Below, piece after piece: positions 1-14,084 of a DNA stretch of 64,000 nt. How positions within the stretch are numbered: the stretch's first letter is position 1; every line of letters begins with the position of its first letter. The stretch is from the NCBI GenBank assembly GCA_951406725.2, contig OX597818.1, positions 67,208,001 to 67,272,000 on the forward strand, written 5' to 3'. The notes below the pieces were generated by a model. It saw only the letters and a program-made list of their open reading frames with translations, was not told where the DNA came from and made no database searches. Both the position numbers and the translations under genes were made by a program. Source of the stretch: Octopus vulgaris (lineage: Eukaryota).

Positions 1-364
1 TATAAGAGAGAGAGAGAGAGAGAGAGATACATACATATATATATATATATATTCAGATGCTGAATTTTTATGCATAAATTCCCATACACACACACACACA
101 CACACACACACGTGTATATGTTTAAAAGTTTGAATGTTGATTCGTCCTTTAATTTGAGTGGTTTCCCAAAAAATATCCAACGTTCATTCTTCATACTTCG
201 CTGAGATTTTACTAGTGTAAATTTACGTAGATATGCAAAGTAGTATTAGTATATTAACTGCATGATAAATTTATGAAACGAAGTTCTGTGAATCTAATTC
301 TATTTGTAAAAAAAGGAGGCGGTAAGTTGATAAGAATGTATCTATCTATCTATATATCTATCTC

Positions 365-770
365 AGGAGTGGCTGTGTGGTAAGTAGCTTGCTTACCAAC
401 CACATGGTTCCGTGTTCAGTCCCACTGCGTGGCACTTTGGGCAAGTGTCTTCTACTGTAGCCTCGGGCCGACAAAAGCCTTGTGAGTGGATTTGGTAGAC
501 GGAAACTGAAAGAAGCCTGTCGTATATATGTATATATGTATATATGTATATATGTACGTGTGTTTGTGTGTATGTGTTTGTCCCCCTAGCATTGCTTGAC
601 AACCGATGCTGGTGTGTTTACGTTGTCGTCACTTAGCGGTTCGGCAAAAGAGATCGATAGAATAAGTACTGGGCTTACAAAGAATAAGTCCCGGGGTCGA
701 ATTGCTCGACTAAAGGCGGTGCTCCAGCATGGCCGCAGTCAAATGACTGAAACAAGTAAAAGCGTAAAAG
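365..770 (+). mobile_element. tRNA-derived SINE, family A (full length, internal TA/TG microsatellite, LINE-like 3' tail)
   Basis: A-box-like TGGCTGTGTGG and B-box-like GTTCAGTCCC at the 5' end; tail GGCGGTGCTCCAGCATGGCC-hairpin-AAAC-(GTAAAAG)n; near-identical copies at 38703-39118 and 55174-55573 on the minus strand. Confidence 0.9.
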
Positions 771-793
771 ATATATACATATATATATATTTA

Positions 794-878
<85 letters not shown>

Positions 879-879
<1 letters not shown>

Positions 880-1239
880 TAGCAGTATCGCCCGGCGTTG
901 CTCAGGTTTGTAAGGGAAATAACTATAAAGCATTTTTAGAGAGTTATAGCCAAAAAATAGCAAAAAAATGATGGTAAATTTTTTTTTAATCTAAAAAAGG
1001 TGGAGTTGCGTTCCCTAGACAGTTTGTGGTTCATGTTTCTGATTCTCGACCCCATGTCGAATCTATCGATTTTTTTCAAGACTGGGGGAACATTTCAAAA
1101 TTTTCGCTGTGTTAGTTTTGAATTATGACATTGGGCTATGTGTGTGTCAGGTTTCATCAGAATCGGTTGAAAGCCGTGGTCAGGGTGAGGGTACAAGCAA
1201 ACAGACACACAGAAACACGCACAGACAAACTGCCGTTTA

Positions 1240-1290
<51 letters not shown>
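879..1290 (-). mobile_element. Non-autonomous Helitron
   Basis: Minus-strand 3' end GAGCAACGCCGGGCGATACTGCTAG|T (subterminal hairpin plus CTAG) shared with 18660-19051; the 5' end merges into a (TC)n(TA)n tract, so that boundary is approximate. Confidence 0.75.
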
Positions 1291-1304
<14 letters not shown>

Positions 1305-1329
1305 GGTGGTGGAAAATGCATGAAATGCT

Positions 1330-2530
1330 TATAGAACGTACTCGCATGGCAGACACTAAGACCCTATCCCTTCATCGGTTAATGCCTTTGACCAAGTAGA
1401 TCATGGGAAAATATGTCACAAAATTTTTGTTTCTGCCGTTATCACTGGTAGACCGGGTGAGTGCCTGCATGATTTCCTGAAGGGCAGATGTCAGGCTGTC
1501 ACAGCAAATGGTGCTCTCTCTAAAGTGGCACCAATCTTTAGTGGAGCCCCGAAGGGAGCAGGGCTGGGTCCACCACTGTTTCTGGTTGCTTTCTAAGACT
1601 GGCTTCAATCACAGAGTCAGTCATACTCACAAGCTACGCCGATGATACAAAAGTATCGCACGCGCTCAAGGATGCTACTAACATCCCGAGAATGCAGAAT
1701 GACCTGAACGCGATACATAAATGGGCTGATGAGAATGATATGCTGTTCAATGGCGCAACATTTCAAACACTCCGCTTTCAGCCCACAAACAAACAGCTGG
1801 AGTAAACAGGACCAGTAGGCAATGTAATGCAAGAGTTAGAGTCGGTGCGTGACCTGAAATTTCCACATGACCAACGACACAAATTTAATGTTGCTCAGAT
1901 GGCAACAGTATGCATGCAGGTGGCAGGTTGGATCCTTAGAACCTTCAGGAACAGTAGCAGGGACACAATTCGTCTGCTTTGGAGAACCTTTGAGCAAAGT
2001 TGTCTAAAATACCGCTTCCAACTGTGGTCCCTACAGATAGTAAATATAATTGCGATCCAGTGCCACTATTCAAAGAAGATAGACTCAGTAAAACACTCCC
2101 TGGAGAGGAGACATTAGCGAGATATGAAGTGGTATACGTAGCGAAAGTAATGGAGGTTTTAGCTCCAAATTTCGGAATCGAAATACACAACAATCCACGA
2201 ATTGGTCGGAAATGCACAGTGCCAAAGATCTACTGTTCGCCATCGAGCGTACGAATCCAATATTATAATAGCTTCCGATTCAAGGAGCCACAAATGTTTG
2301 ATGCCCTACCACAGAACATCAGGAATCTGCAAGGTGTAAACATGGAAGTCTTGTAAAAATCATCTAGACAGTTCTTTTTTTATCTGCAATACCGGATGAA
2401 CCCATATAGGCAACGTCCAACTCACTACTTCGCCGGAAGTAATATTGGAAAAATCAAGGGATGCAATAAAGGCGGTGCCCCAGGCGCTCCAGCATTGTCG
2501 TAGTCTCTGGATGAAATCCATAAAAGATAA
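1330..2530 (+). pseudogene. Degenerate LINE RT C-terminal half plus 3' tail (CR1/L2/I-group-like)
   Basis: Broken frames read SGAPKGAGLGPPLFLV (cf. GVPQGTVLGPLLF), YADDTKV, GWILRTF and NPRIGRKC, collinear with the ORF at 34248-35225; tail GGCGGTGCCCCAG near 2471. Confidence 0.85.
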
Positions 2531-3311
2531 ACGATGCTAAGTTTCGTGTCTTTAACAATAAGACAGAGAACTTCATATATCGGCGACACCCGAAAGCTTT
2601 GCTTTGGATTAGGACTCGAGCAAACAAGATAACACAGGGTGGACGTAGGAAAGTAAACTAATGTAATTTGAAACGAGAGACGAAGATACAATAAATAAAG
2701 TCTTTCGGCCAAACACGAGAATGATGAAGAACTCCTCAATGGATAAGTCGGGATGCGTGGCGTTCATTTACCCAAGAAACAAAAAATGCATTAAATACTC
2801 CAAAACGTAGGACAGACGCAGAAGGACGCTAATTCTTTATCAGTTATCGACAAAACATAATAACACTCAGTTTCATAGCGTTAGCGATAAATGGGTGTGT
2901 GTGTGAGTGTGTGTATGTGTGTGTGCATGTGCGCACGTGCGTGTGTGTGTGTGTGTGTGTGTGTACAAACACATATATCAGGGAAGTGTGAGAACCTGTT
3001 GGTAATACTGTACGATGTTTTAGTTGATACCACGTTTCCGCAATATTGCTTCAGAAAAGCGGATATTCATCGAAAGTGTACGCGTCACTGTCCACTCATA
3101 TTTCAGCGCGTTACGCTTCCAAGACAAAACAGCTCCAACGGGAGAGTCTCAGAAATCGGACGATGCGTTGCAGTTGAATATTGTGAAAAATAAAGTGTTG
3201 CAAAAGAGAATGTAACAATGGCGAATAATGTCTCCAGCAACAGCAGTTGATGATCCAATATTGCGACTGTAGTCCAATTATTCCGTATCTTCCATTATAC
3301 ATATATATGTA

Positions 3312-3372
<61 letters not shown>

Positions 3373-3400
3373 CTATATATATATATATATATATATATAT

Positions 3401-3455
3401 CCTTAAATCCTTAAAAATGTTTTAGCCAGAAGGCCTCGGCCATGCTGGGGCACCA
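3401..3455 (-). mobile_element. Isolated LINE/SINE 3' tail fragment beside a (TA)n tract
   Basis: Reverse complement TGGTGCCCCAGCATGGCCGAGGCCTTCTGGCTAAAAC then a TTTAAGGA repeat; same motif as the tails at 715-770 and 9937-10003. Confidence 0.65.
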
Positions 3456-3456
3456 G

Positions 3457-4432
<976 letters not shown>

Positions 4433-4639
4433 AGACTGCTAGATAGAGAGATGCATAGTAATAAAAGGGCAACACTGCTAAACAAGAAGTAAGTGTTCAG
4501 TCAATGTCCTAATCTAACTCATAACCTACATCAGACTTGAATTTTTGAATTCAGTGAATAATCCGACATGGCCGGAGCCGATTTAAAGGGCTAACCCAGG
4601 CTCTCCTACTGCACACACAAATATTATTTCGTTAGAAAA

Positions 4640-5100
4640 CCAACTGACCGTTAGTTATTTCTTCCTCAACTTCTAGAGAGGTTACGTCTCTTCTGCCATT
4701 TGAGTCTGACGAATCGCTTATATTGCCAAGCACTTTATTGGGGCGAAATCAATATTCAGTCCGTGACCAGCAATACTTTTTATTCTTTATAAACGCACCT
4801 TCCTGCTCTAGTGCTTTTTCGGACATAGGAACTGCAGACGGTTATGTATATGTCTCTGATTACAGAAAACAGAGTGTATAGACATACTAGCCTATCTCTT
4901 AGGATATCCCAGAAGCAGCTGTAAAATTTTAAATCCACTTTAACCTAAATTATTTTAAATGACTTCTGATACTTGTCCTCTCTTGGTTTTTGTTGTCCCT
5001 TTCCTCTCATATATACCTGATAACACGGACGCATAATACGGATCATTAGCTCCAGCCTCAGCTGTGAACTTGGAACTTAACGGTTGGCCAATTATAACAT
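4640..5100 (+). mobile_element. Possible degraded PLE 3'/pLTR remnant
   Basis: CTGACGA at 4706-4712 and GAAA at 4745-4748 in hammerhead order, but the stems are weak. Confidence 0.3.
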
Positions 5101-6022
5101 TTACTCAGCGTACCTATTCGTTTAGACCACCAGTGAAATAGACCCCTCATATCTTTTATTATATATCTATACATAAGTATATTCAATGTTTCTGATGTTG
5201 TAATTGTAAAACATTAAGTGTTAAATATGATATGAATTTTAAGTTATATTTGTTTAGTTATCGTTAAAAGCAATGTTGACATCCTATTCTGAAGTAATGA
5301 GAAATATTGAACGGGATTATGTCATAATGTAGCATTAGAGAATTTGGCAAATCTTCATTATAAGTGAATTAGTATTAGGTTATTGTTTAACATGATAGAT
5401 ATGTAAAATAACCTAGCGATCTTGATAGCATGAATAATTTTTAAACTCCAAAGAGAAAATTCTTTGCCTTGTGCAGCGAAATATTTTAATTTGAAAGGAG
5501 AAAATAATGGAGCTCGTTTGCCCAGTGACATAAAATGACCTCTTCGTATTTTACTATTCAAAATTATGCTTGTATTCTCAAAATTTAAAACAATTAGAGA
5601 ATAGTGGCTCAGTTTATTTATGGAATATGAATTGCGTATTAAAACTTCACGAAGCAGGTTTTAATGTTTCCGAAGGTCTCGAAATTAAATATACATTATC
5701 CTACATACGTTAAATGATTTAAGTTTTTTTATTTTGAACTACAATTAAAACTGAATAAATTTCAAGTATTGCAATATGTATTTCTATGAAATTAATGATT
5801 GTATCACCTAAAAAGAAATATTTCTGAATATAATTGCAATGATATAAAAAATAAATAGAAAATCGATCGCGAGAAAATCAACCCAATACATGACTGAAGC
5901 TTAACTGGAAGCAAAATTTGAAAATCACATACGTATGTATATATATATATATATATATATAAAAGTATATATATATAAGTCCCTCCTAGCGTGTGGCATT
6001 TATGTGTAATAATGCCCTCTAT

Positions 6023-6062
<40 letters not shown>

Positions 6063-6413
6063 AGAGAGAGAGAGAGATGCAGCACGGACTTTGTCAGTGA
6101 ACAGGTCGCGGATTTTAGCGACGAAAATATTTTGACAAATTAAACTTAAATGTTGAAGTGAATCGAACGGCTTTTGTGTGTTTCTTAAATGGCTTATAAC
6201 CACCTTCCACGCTGCAATTGTTTTCGTTTCAGCACACGATCTCAGATCAAATTACTTGCTATGATAGTACATCTCCGTAGTATATATATATACATAATAA
6301 GAAATGAGGTCAAACACAGGTATTATTCAATTTATCCATGTTACACAAAAACAATTCATTTAACCCTGGAACTTCTACCTCTATAAGCAGGCTACTTATA
6401 AAGGTAGTAAGTA

Positions 6414-6979
6414 TTGGGTTGTCCGGAAAATTCGTTCCGATTTTTAAAGGAAAGGAAAAGGTCAATAAATACTCGCCATTACATTTTTAATCACCTAAAT
6501 ATGAACCATTTTGTTGCACAATGCGTCTCCATCTTTCCTTTAACTTGAAAATACTCTCTTCCCAGAATTGAGGTGGTTTCATTGCAATGAATTCTTCAAG
6601 GTATCTTTTTACGTCATCCAAAGTATTGAAATTTTTACCATTAAGTCTATTCTGCAGAGACCTGAATAAGTGGAAATCCGAAGGAGCAATATCTGGTGAA
6701 TATAGAAGTTGAGGTAACACGTCCCAGCCGAGCTGCAGCAATATTTGTATGATTCCCAAAGCATCAAGTGCCGAAAATGAACTTTCTTATCTTCCATTTT
6801 AAAGGGTTAGAAAATTAACGCAGGTTATAGGGACATAAATCTTCTTCCACGAAAAGATAGCTTAAACTATGCTCTAAATTGAGGTGTAGGCAAATCCAAT
6901 TTTTTCGACTCAACCATGTTGTAAAATAAGTCGAAAGTTAAGCTACTATAAATCGGCACGAACTTTCCGGACAACCCAA
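6414..6979 (-). mobile_element. Internally deleted mariner transposon with intact TIRs
   Basis: TIRs TTGGGTTGTCCGGAAA...TTTCCGGACAACCCAA with TA on both sides (6412-6413, 6980-6981); N-terminus MEDKKVHFRHLMLWE joined to C-terminus LGWDVLP..YSPDIAPSDFHLFRSLQN. Confidence 0.93.
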
Positions 6980-7677
6980 TATTTATATTTTCCTTGTTAT
7001 TCGCACATATTTAAGATATATACATACATTTATATATATAAATATATATATATATATAGATAGATATACATGCATACGTATATTCATATGCACACACTCA
7101 AACATGTATAAGGTGTAAATATTATCGATCGCTCATTCGTCATGCGCAATCGATGTTTACATCGACAACTCTGCTTTTAATTCTTCATCGAATTTAATCT
7201 GACGTGTACATCACCGCGGCATATCATCGAATGTTTTAAAACAATTTATACATAGTAATATACTGGCAACTCTATCCGTGCTCGATTCCATTCATGTATG
7301 TGATCGTGAAAGCGCATGAAATAACGATATATCGGTGTCCATCACTCCTGAATTGGATTGGATGAGAGTTGCGTCGCTCGTCTACGACTTTCAGGTGTTT
7401 TCACACCGAGAGTTCGTAAACGTTTTCCTGCACCGAATCCAGCGAACAAACAAACCATAGAAAATGAGTAGGACCGATCGATAATGTTTAAATCATTAAC
7501 GCTGTTTGTGTGTATGTGTGAACGTGTGTCAGGTTTTGTGTGTCTGTATGTGTCTCTGTGCGCCAATGTGTGTGTTGGGAAAAGCTCACATAAATAGTTA
7601 TGCATATATATAAGTGTGTATGTATATGAAAACATATAGATATAATTATAAATATATGTACATTTATTTATGTACGT

Positions 7678-7728
<51 letters not shown>

Positions 7729-8420
7729 TATATATTTATATATTTTTATGTATATGTATATGAAAACATATAGATATAATTATAAATATATGTACATTTA
7801 TTTCTGTACGCATAGATTTATTATATATATTTGTGTGATTCGAAGATATATAAATAGGCAACTACATACGAACTGCCATACATATAATACAATTGAATGT
7901 TGTCGCTAGAGTTTGAATACGAATGCGCATAAAAATCAGTTCTCACAACTATCAGACTATAATTACTTTATCTCATTAATCATTAAAAAATGTTTTTATT
8001 TCTAAAGTAATTAGAAGATGACGTAGTAAGGTTGGGTTGTGACTGGATATTGTGCTAATGACTCCATCATGAGAATATTTAGTGAAACTGACAAAAATAC
8101 ATTTAATATTTACAATAATGATTTATACATTTAAATGTATATCAATGACAAGAGTAACAAAATCAACTGGTAGCTATATCATAAATAATTACCTTTATTG
8201 TAAATATAGATCCTCCTACCGTACCCACCGTTATTAGCACCACAATAGAATTAACAAATGTAGATATGAAAGCATCAACAGACACGGCCACCTTTTTATA
8301 TATGAGAGCACGTGTTACTGTAGCGTGTCAGAAATAACGCTGTCTTCCTATCATAGTACAACAAGTCTGAAAAGAGAACGAAGACCGCGCATCCGTTGAC
8401 ATCGTCCCAGTTCTATTATA

Positions 8421-8617
8421 TATTTCTTTAGTGCCCACAAGGGGCTAAACATAAAGGAGATAAACAAGGACACACAAAGGGATTACGTCGATTACATCGA
8501 CCCCAGTGCGAAACTGGTACTTTATTTATCGACGCCGAAAGGATGAAAGGCAAAGTCGACCTCGGTGGAATTTGAACTCAGAACGTAACGGCAGACCAAA
8601 TACCTATTTCTTTACTA
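8421..8617 (-). mobile_element. SINE family B fragment (core GCCTTTCATCCTTTCGGGGTCGATAAA)
   Basis: Matches copies at 10790-10985, 14085-14534, 38522-38660 and 41258-41466; the core resembles Meta/MESC-type SINE cores from memory, not verified. Confidence 0.8.
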
Positions 8618-9356
8618 TATTAGGGATATGCGTTGGTCAATGGTTGGGCATGTTCTTCAGCGATAATAAATCTAATCATTCGGAGCAACCATAAAAATCA
8701 TTTAGGGTTTACTGCGGATCACAGAAAACGTAGGGGACAATAAGGTCGCTGCTTGGATATTATTGCTGATAAATCATAGAAAATTGGTGTACGCCAAAAG
8801 GATACATGCCCCCGAATCCCACGTTCAATGAATTGATGACAATTTGGTTTTAGTTAGGGGTGAAGTATCATATAATCTGTGTTCGAATGGAACTTGTTGG
8901 GTGTGAGTGTAAGTAGGTCAATGGTGCAGGGGAGGAAGGCACTGGGTGTGTGTTGAAGGGGTGGTGGGTGGTCGAACATATATCCGAGTAACAGCTGACA
9001 CAATTAACAGAGAGGAAGAAAAGAAATCATTTAACACACTTCGATTTTTCTACTTGATACGTAGCCACCGACACGATGGCGAGAAGAACGGACTGACGCA
9101 AAGACGAGTAGCTACAATATATGGTTCTTGTGGTGTCTGCGGTCACTGGCTTAGCCTGGGTTGAGGTCAACAGATTACCTACACCGATATTTACTAAGGG
9201 GAGAAACTTACTGTTCAGGAATATAAAAGAGTAGAACTCAGTGAAATTAGTCCTCTGGAAGATGTAATGGATGTCATTCAGGGGTTTGACGCATTGGAAG
9301 GATTGGTGAAAGCCATTTTCGCTGATTATGTCTTCGCTATACGTAAAAGATGAGTT

Positions 9357-9719
9357 GAGTGATACCTCGCATTACGAGATTAATTTGCTCCATAACCAAG
9401 CTCGTCTTACGATTTACTCGTTTTACAAATCAATTTTTCCTCATTGAAATTAACTAAAATATAATTAATCCGTTCCAGCCCCACAAAACCACTCAAAATA
9501 ATTTTTTGTGAGTTTTGAAACATAAAAGGTGTAGTTACAGTAAAATGCCAATTATAAAAAAAAATGCAAAAGAAACTGGTTCTATTAACTGAATTACCTT
9601 AAAGATGGGACGATTTGTGTTTTCGTACTGCGGATATCAATCGAAAAATTCGCACAGACTCGGCTCGTGCAGCCAATTACTCGTACTATGGGGCACTCGT
9701 ACTAGGAGGTTCTACTGTA
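9357..9719. mobile_element. Degraded pogo/Tigger-like MITE
   Basis: Imperfect ends GAGTGATACCTCG...GAGGTTCTACTG|TA; repeated CTCGT subterminal motifs. Confidence 0.45.
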
Positions 9720-9837
9720 TATAGTTGGAAGGTGGTAGGTCACTGCTGAAATTCCTTCAATAACAGGTCTGAATGTTCGAATTTGAACTGGAACCACAGA
9801 ACACTCCAAACGTAATAAACAACATTAATATGTGGTG

Positions 9838-10003
9838 TGGGCGGTTTAGCTTAATGGTTCAGAGCACTGAGACGCGTAATCACGAAGGTGTGAGTTCGAA
9901 TCTCATAGCCGGCCGCCAACACTTTTTTAATAAAATGGCGGTGCCCCAGCATGGCCACAGCTCATAAGCTGAAACTGGAAAAATCAAAAATCAAAATCAA
10001 AAT
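9838..10003 (+). mobile_element. Short SINE: tRNA-like head fused directly to a LINE-type tail
   Basis: TAGCTTAATGG (A box), GAGTTCGAATCTC (B box), a T-run, then GGCGGTGCCCCAGCATGGCC-CAGCT/AGCTG hairpin-AAAC-(AAAATC)n. Confidence 0.7.
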
Positions 10004-10178
10004 ATGCTTATATCCTTTTAAAATAGTGAAATATAGAATTGTTGGATATTGCTGTGTTGCGGGGTTAGAAGATTTCTTGTTTGGGGAAACGACGTTCCAC
10101 ATCTGCTTCGACAATTAACTAATTTCCTGACATTTTCCAGCTGTCGTGTCACTGGTTCTTTTTATCAGATGTGCCTGT

Positions 10179-10238
10179 AGAGATATATATTAATTACTCA
10201 AAGATGCCAGAGATATATATTAATTACTCAAAGATGCC
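10179..10238. repeat. Perfect 30-bp tandem duplication
   Basis: AGAGATATATATTAATTACTCAAAGATGCC x2. Confidence 0.9.
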
Positions 10239-10479
10239 ACAAGGAAACAGATGAAGCATACGTTAAACATAAAAACATATAGAAATTAATCAACTTCAAT
10301 TACTTCTATAGTTCCGAAAGTATGTAGCTTGTTTCTATAATGTTCGGCAGGTGAATGCAAACTCATAGCAGCTTGCTCTCTATGGAGGTAATTTTTGTTT
10401 CAAAAACTATTTACAATGATCTCTCTCTCACGCTCACGCATATGTATACATACCAATCTCTCTCTCTCTCTCTCTCTCT

Positions 10480-10555
<76 letters not shown>

Positions 10556-10574
10556 TTGTGTGTGTGTGTGTTAA

Positions 10575-10790
10575 GGCGCATGGCTCAATGGTTAGAGCGT
10601 CGAGGTTTAGAGCATGAGGTTGTGAGTTCGATTTCACATTGCACCAGTTCACTCAGTTGTAGAAATGAGTTGCGACATCACTGGTGCCAAGCTGTATCGG
10701 ACGTTGCCTATTCCCTTGCATAACATCAGTAGTGTGGAAAGGGGAGGCTGGAATGCATGGTCGACTGCTCGACTTCTACAGACAACCTTA
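10575..10790 (+). mobile_element. tRNA-derived SINE family C, internally deleted and 3'-truncated
   Basis: TGGCTCAATGG and GAGTTCGATT boxes; body CAGTTCACTCAGTTGTAGAAATGAGTTGCGAC matches the reverse complement of 35845-36151. Confidence 0.8.
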
Positions 10791-10985
10791 CGGTGGCAAT
10801 CTGGCAGAAGTTGTTACTGGTATTTCGTTTCAATTTCCACCGAGTTCAAATCCCGCCGAGATTGACTTTGCTTTTCAATCCTTTCGGGGTCGAAAAATTA
10901 AGTACCAGTTGCGTATTGGGGTCGATCTAATCGAATATCCCCTCCCCCCAAATTACGGGCCTTGTGTTTAGAGTAGAAAAGAATA
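10790..10985 (+). mobile_element. SINE family B
   Basis: GAGTTCAAATCCCGCCGAG...CTTTCGGGGTCGA...GTACCAGTTGCGTATTGGGGTCGATCTAATCG; abuts the family C copy. Confidence 0.8.
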
Positions 10986-12699
10986 TATATGTATCAGTGT
11001 TTGCTATCTTTGTTATATAGATCAATGTTCTTCTGTTTGGGTGCACATTATTGACGTGTCAGTTTTGGTATTTGGTTGTGTTTAGTATATTTTGGCTTCT
11101 TTGGCTCCTTCTCACCTCCTTTGACATCGCATGCAGGGAGAAAGAATATTGAAGATCAAATGCATCTTTAAGGTGTGTGCTCGTGACTCGATTCCAGTCG
11201 TTTCAGGGGCCCTTTTGTGTTGCGGTCTAGGATGTCGGTGTGCATGTCTACAGCAATGTTCAAGATGCAAAACCTGAACTCGCTCGTTCGGCTTGCATGA
11301 GTTTTTTGGGTTCTCCGTATAACTTTGCAGCTTTAAATACTTTCGCCCAAAAGGCTTAAGCACGTTCCGAGCAATGCTAGGGAAGTGCTTTCCAAGAGGA
11401 GATCTTTTATGGCAATGACGTTACAACATTCATATAATCTATACACACGCACGCGTACACACACACACACATATATATTTCTTGTGTATGTGTGTGTGCG
11501 CGCGTGTGTGAAGGAGTCTGTATATGAAAATCTATGCATTGTTTCTTTCATTGTGACTTAACACTCTTGAATTTCTGATTCTAATTCGTCTGAAGTGTTC
11601 TATAAATTGCAGCCATCTAATAATTGAGTTATGAAAAAAAAATAGACAAAATTATACATAAAAGTTACATATAAAAAAGCTGTAATAATTCAATACATTT
11701 CGGTCAGTCTTTACCTTAGGAAATCTCCTACACAAAATTACGTGTTATTCAAAGAAGAATCTAAGCGCACACTTTCTTAACTAGCACTTACATAATTTAA
11801 TTATATCTAAAAGCTATGTAGGAAATTTAGAATTCAAGAAAGAATTATAGTCTTAACCTATCACTAATTAATGAATTGTCTAAATTGATCGAAAATATAA
11901 ATTGTAGTTATTTGTTGTTTCCTTTTGATTAGTTAAAGTCAATTGTTTTTAACTAAAAATGATGAAAGATTTCATTTATATTTTCCACCATCGAAATTTT
12001 TAAAATATAAAGAGTAGAAAGTTTTAATTACATACGACCAAAATTATTAAAATATAAGTAGTTAAATTATAAGTTACGTTATATAATGGTTTATTTGTTA
12101 AATAATACTTTCATGATTATTTAATTGAGGTATTCAGACATCGTAAAACTTACTTCATATGTTTAAGGGGAATACATGGATTTTAACTTTTAAAAATCTT
12201 CGGCTGTAACAGGTCTTTTATTTAAATTATAGTGGCATGGTTCCTTGTGTTTCCTAATCTTGTATGTCTTGTCTTCTCCCTAAATTTTTATGTGAAAAGA
12301 ATAGTCAATTTATTCGTTGTGAACGGATGTACAGCCGTCAGAGGATGTTCAGTAAATTTAGACCAAAAAGCCATAAAGGTATTTTAAATCTAGGATTATA
12401 GAAACAATATCTAGTCTTCGAAGAGGGAATGGGGATTCACAGCCAAAATTGTACTGATAATGTTAGAAAATCGGGTTGGGACTCCCTAACTTAGGAAGAA
12501 ATATAAGCTGAGTGTGTTCCGTCCGGTGGCGAATAAGAAATTGATCGTTTCGAAAAATTGATTTTGAGAAATGATAATAGCATGCGTAAAAGAGGGAGGA
12601 AGCTTAGTGGCTTTACGAACAATAGATCCAATCTACTCATTCCATTAAATGTCCTTAGTAAAAGATACACAGGAAAGAAAAATCGAAACTTGAAAAGAA

Positions 12700-13420
12700 A
12701 GCTTTTAATAATATAGAAAAACGTGGACACCGACAGAGTTGATATGATGCTTACTGTGAATACGATTAGTTTTGGAAGAGGTTAAATTAACCAATCACTG
12801 AGAACATCAATGAGTTAAATGATTATTTGGAAAGCTTCTTTCCACCTGATCCAGAAAATCGGATATCTCATTTAAGGATGAGTTCAAAGCGCTGTCATCA
12901 GAGGAGATTGATAATTCCGGTGCGACATCTTCTGAAAGGTCGTTAATAAATGGTTAGAAAACTTCTGAACAGAAAACCATTAAATCGTTTTAGGTAACAG
13001 TAGTTGCGATCGAGTATGAAAGTATTAAGAAATCCAAATTCCATCTAGAGATTTCACGTTATGGAAAATATCATTGTATAGGACTTTGGCAAAAGCTTTC
13101 GATATGCCAAGGGATACATTGCTGTCTTTGAAAAATAGGAGAAATAGATAGTCGAGCTGGTCTCTCATGATAGTCACGGGTTCATCGATAGATTTTCAAG
13201 AATAGCGATTTACTGACTAATATTGCAAGACAGAAACTGATTCTTCAAAATCTTAACGACACTGTGAGCTTTAGGTAGAAGTTTTTTTGAACCTCATCTA
13301 CGGGACTAGTAATGGCCTTAGAAATTTATGACAGAAGAAGAAACTGGGGTTACCTTTCTGGAATCTGGAAAAACGTGTTATGGTCACGTTGATAAAGTGT
13401 TTCATGAATATTTAAAATAG
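12700..13420 (+). pseudogene. Possible very old LINE RT remnant
   Basis: GACTTTGGCAAAAGCTTTCGAT at about 13082 reads DFAKAFD with a one-base insertion; little else is recognisable. Confidence 0.3.
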
Positions 13421-13830
13421 GAGAGTAAACTGTTTATTAGGGACATTTGAACGACAATAAGAATGACATCATCTAAATAAGAAGTCGTATAAATATCAGT
13501 GTAGAGAATTTACTTTCATTACAGATCTCTAAATGATATGGAAATCAGTGAAAAGATGCGAGATGCAGACGCAAAAATCGCAAAACAAAAACATGATTTC
13601 TAAGTCAAGTGCAGAATCTTTTAATAAGCATTCAGTTGTATTTTTAGCCAGAAAATAATTGAAAGGATGGTGTGAAATATTTACGTATATTCAATCTATT
13701 AATTGGTAGCCTCAATATGTGTTGAATTGTATTTCGATAATGCACTTTCAAAACATGTGAAAACAAATCTCTTCAGGTAGTAGGTACGTACTGTTAAACA
13801 TGTATATATATATATATATGTATATATGTG

Positions 13831-13888
<58 letters not shown>

Positions 13889-14084
13889 TATGATAATTTT
13901 ATGATAAATTTATATATATTTGATAATTAAAAGTAGAAATGCTAATTACCCTTATTTAAAGTCGGAAAAAGATTATGAGTTATAGATTAAGGATTTCAAA
14001 CGGATTTATGACATAATATACGACTGCAATTCTCGGGGTTTAAATTAGTGGAGAAGAGGATGTTAATAGAAATATGTAAATAAT

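Noticed and set aside
7619-7803. About 50-bp duplication within TA-rich sequence
   Set aside because: Ordinary slippage or unequal exchange in low-complexity DNA
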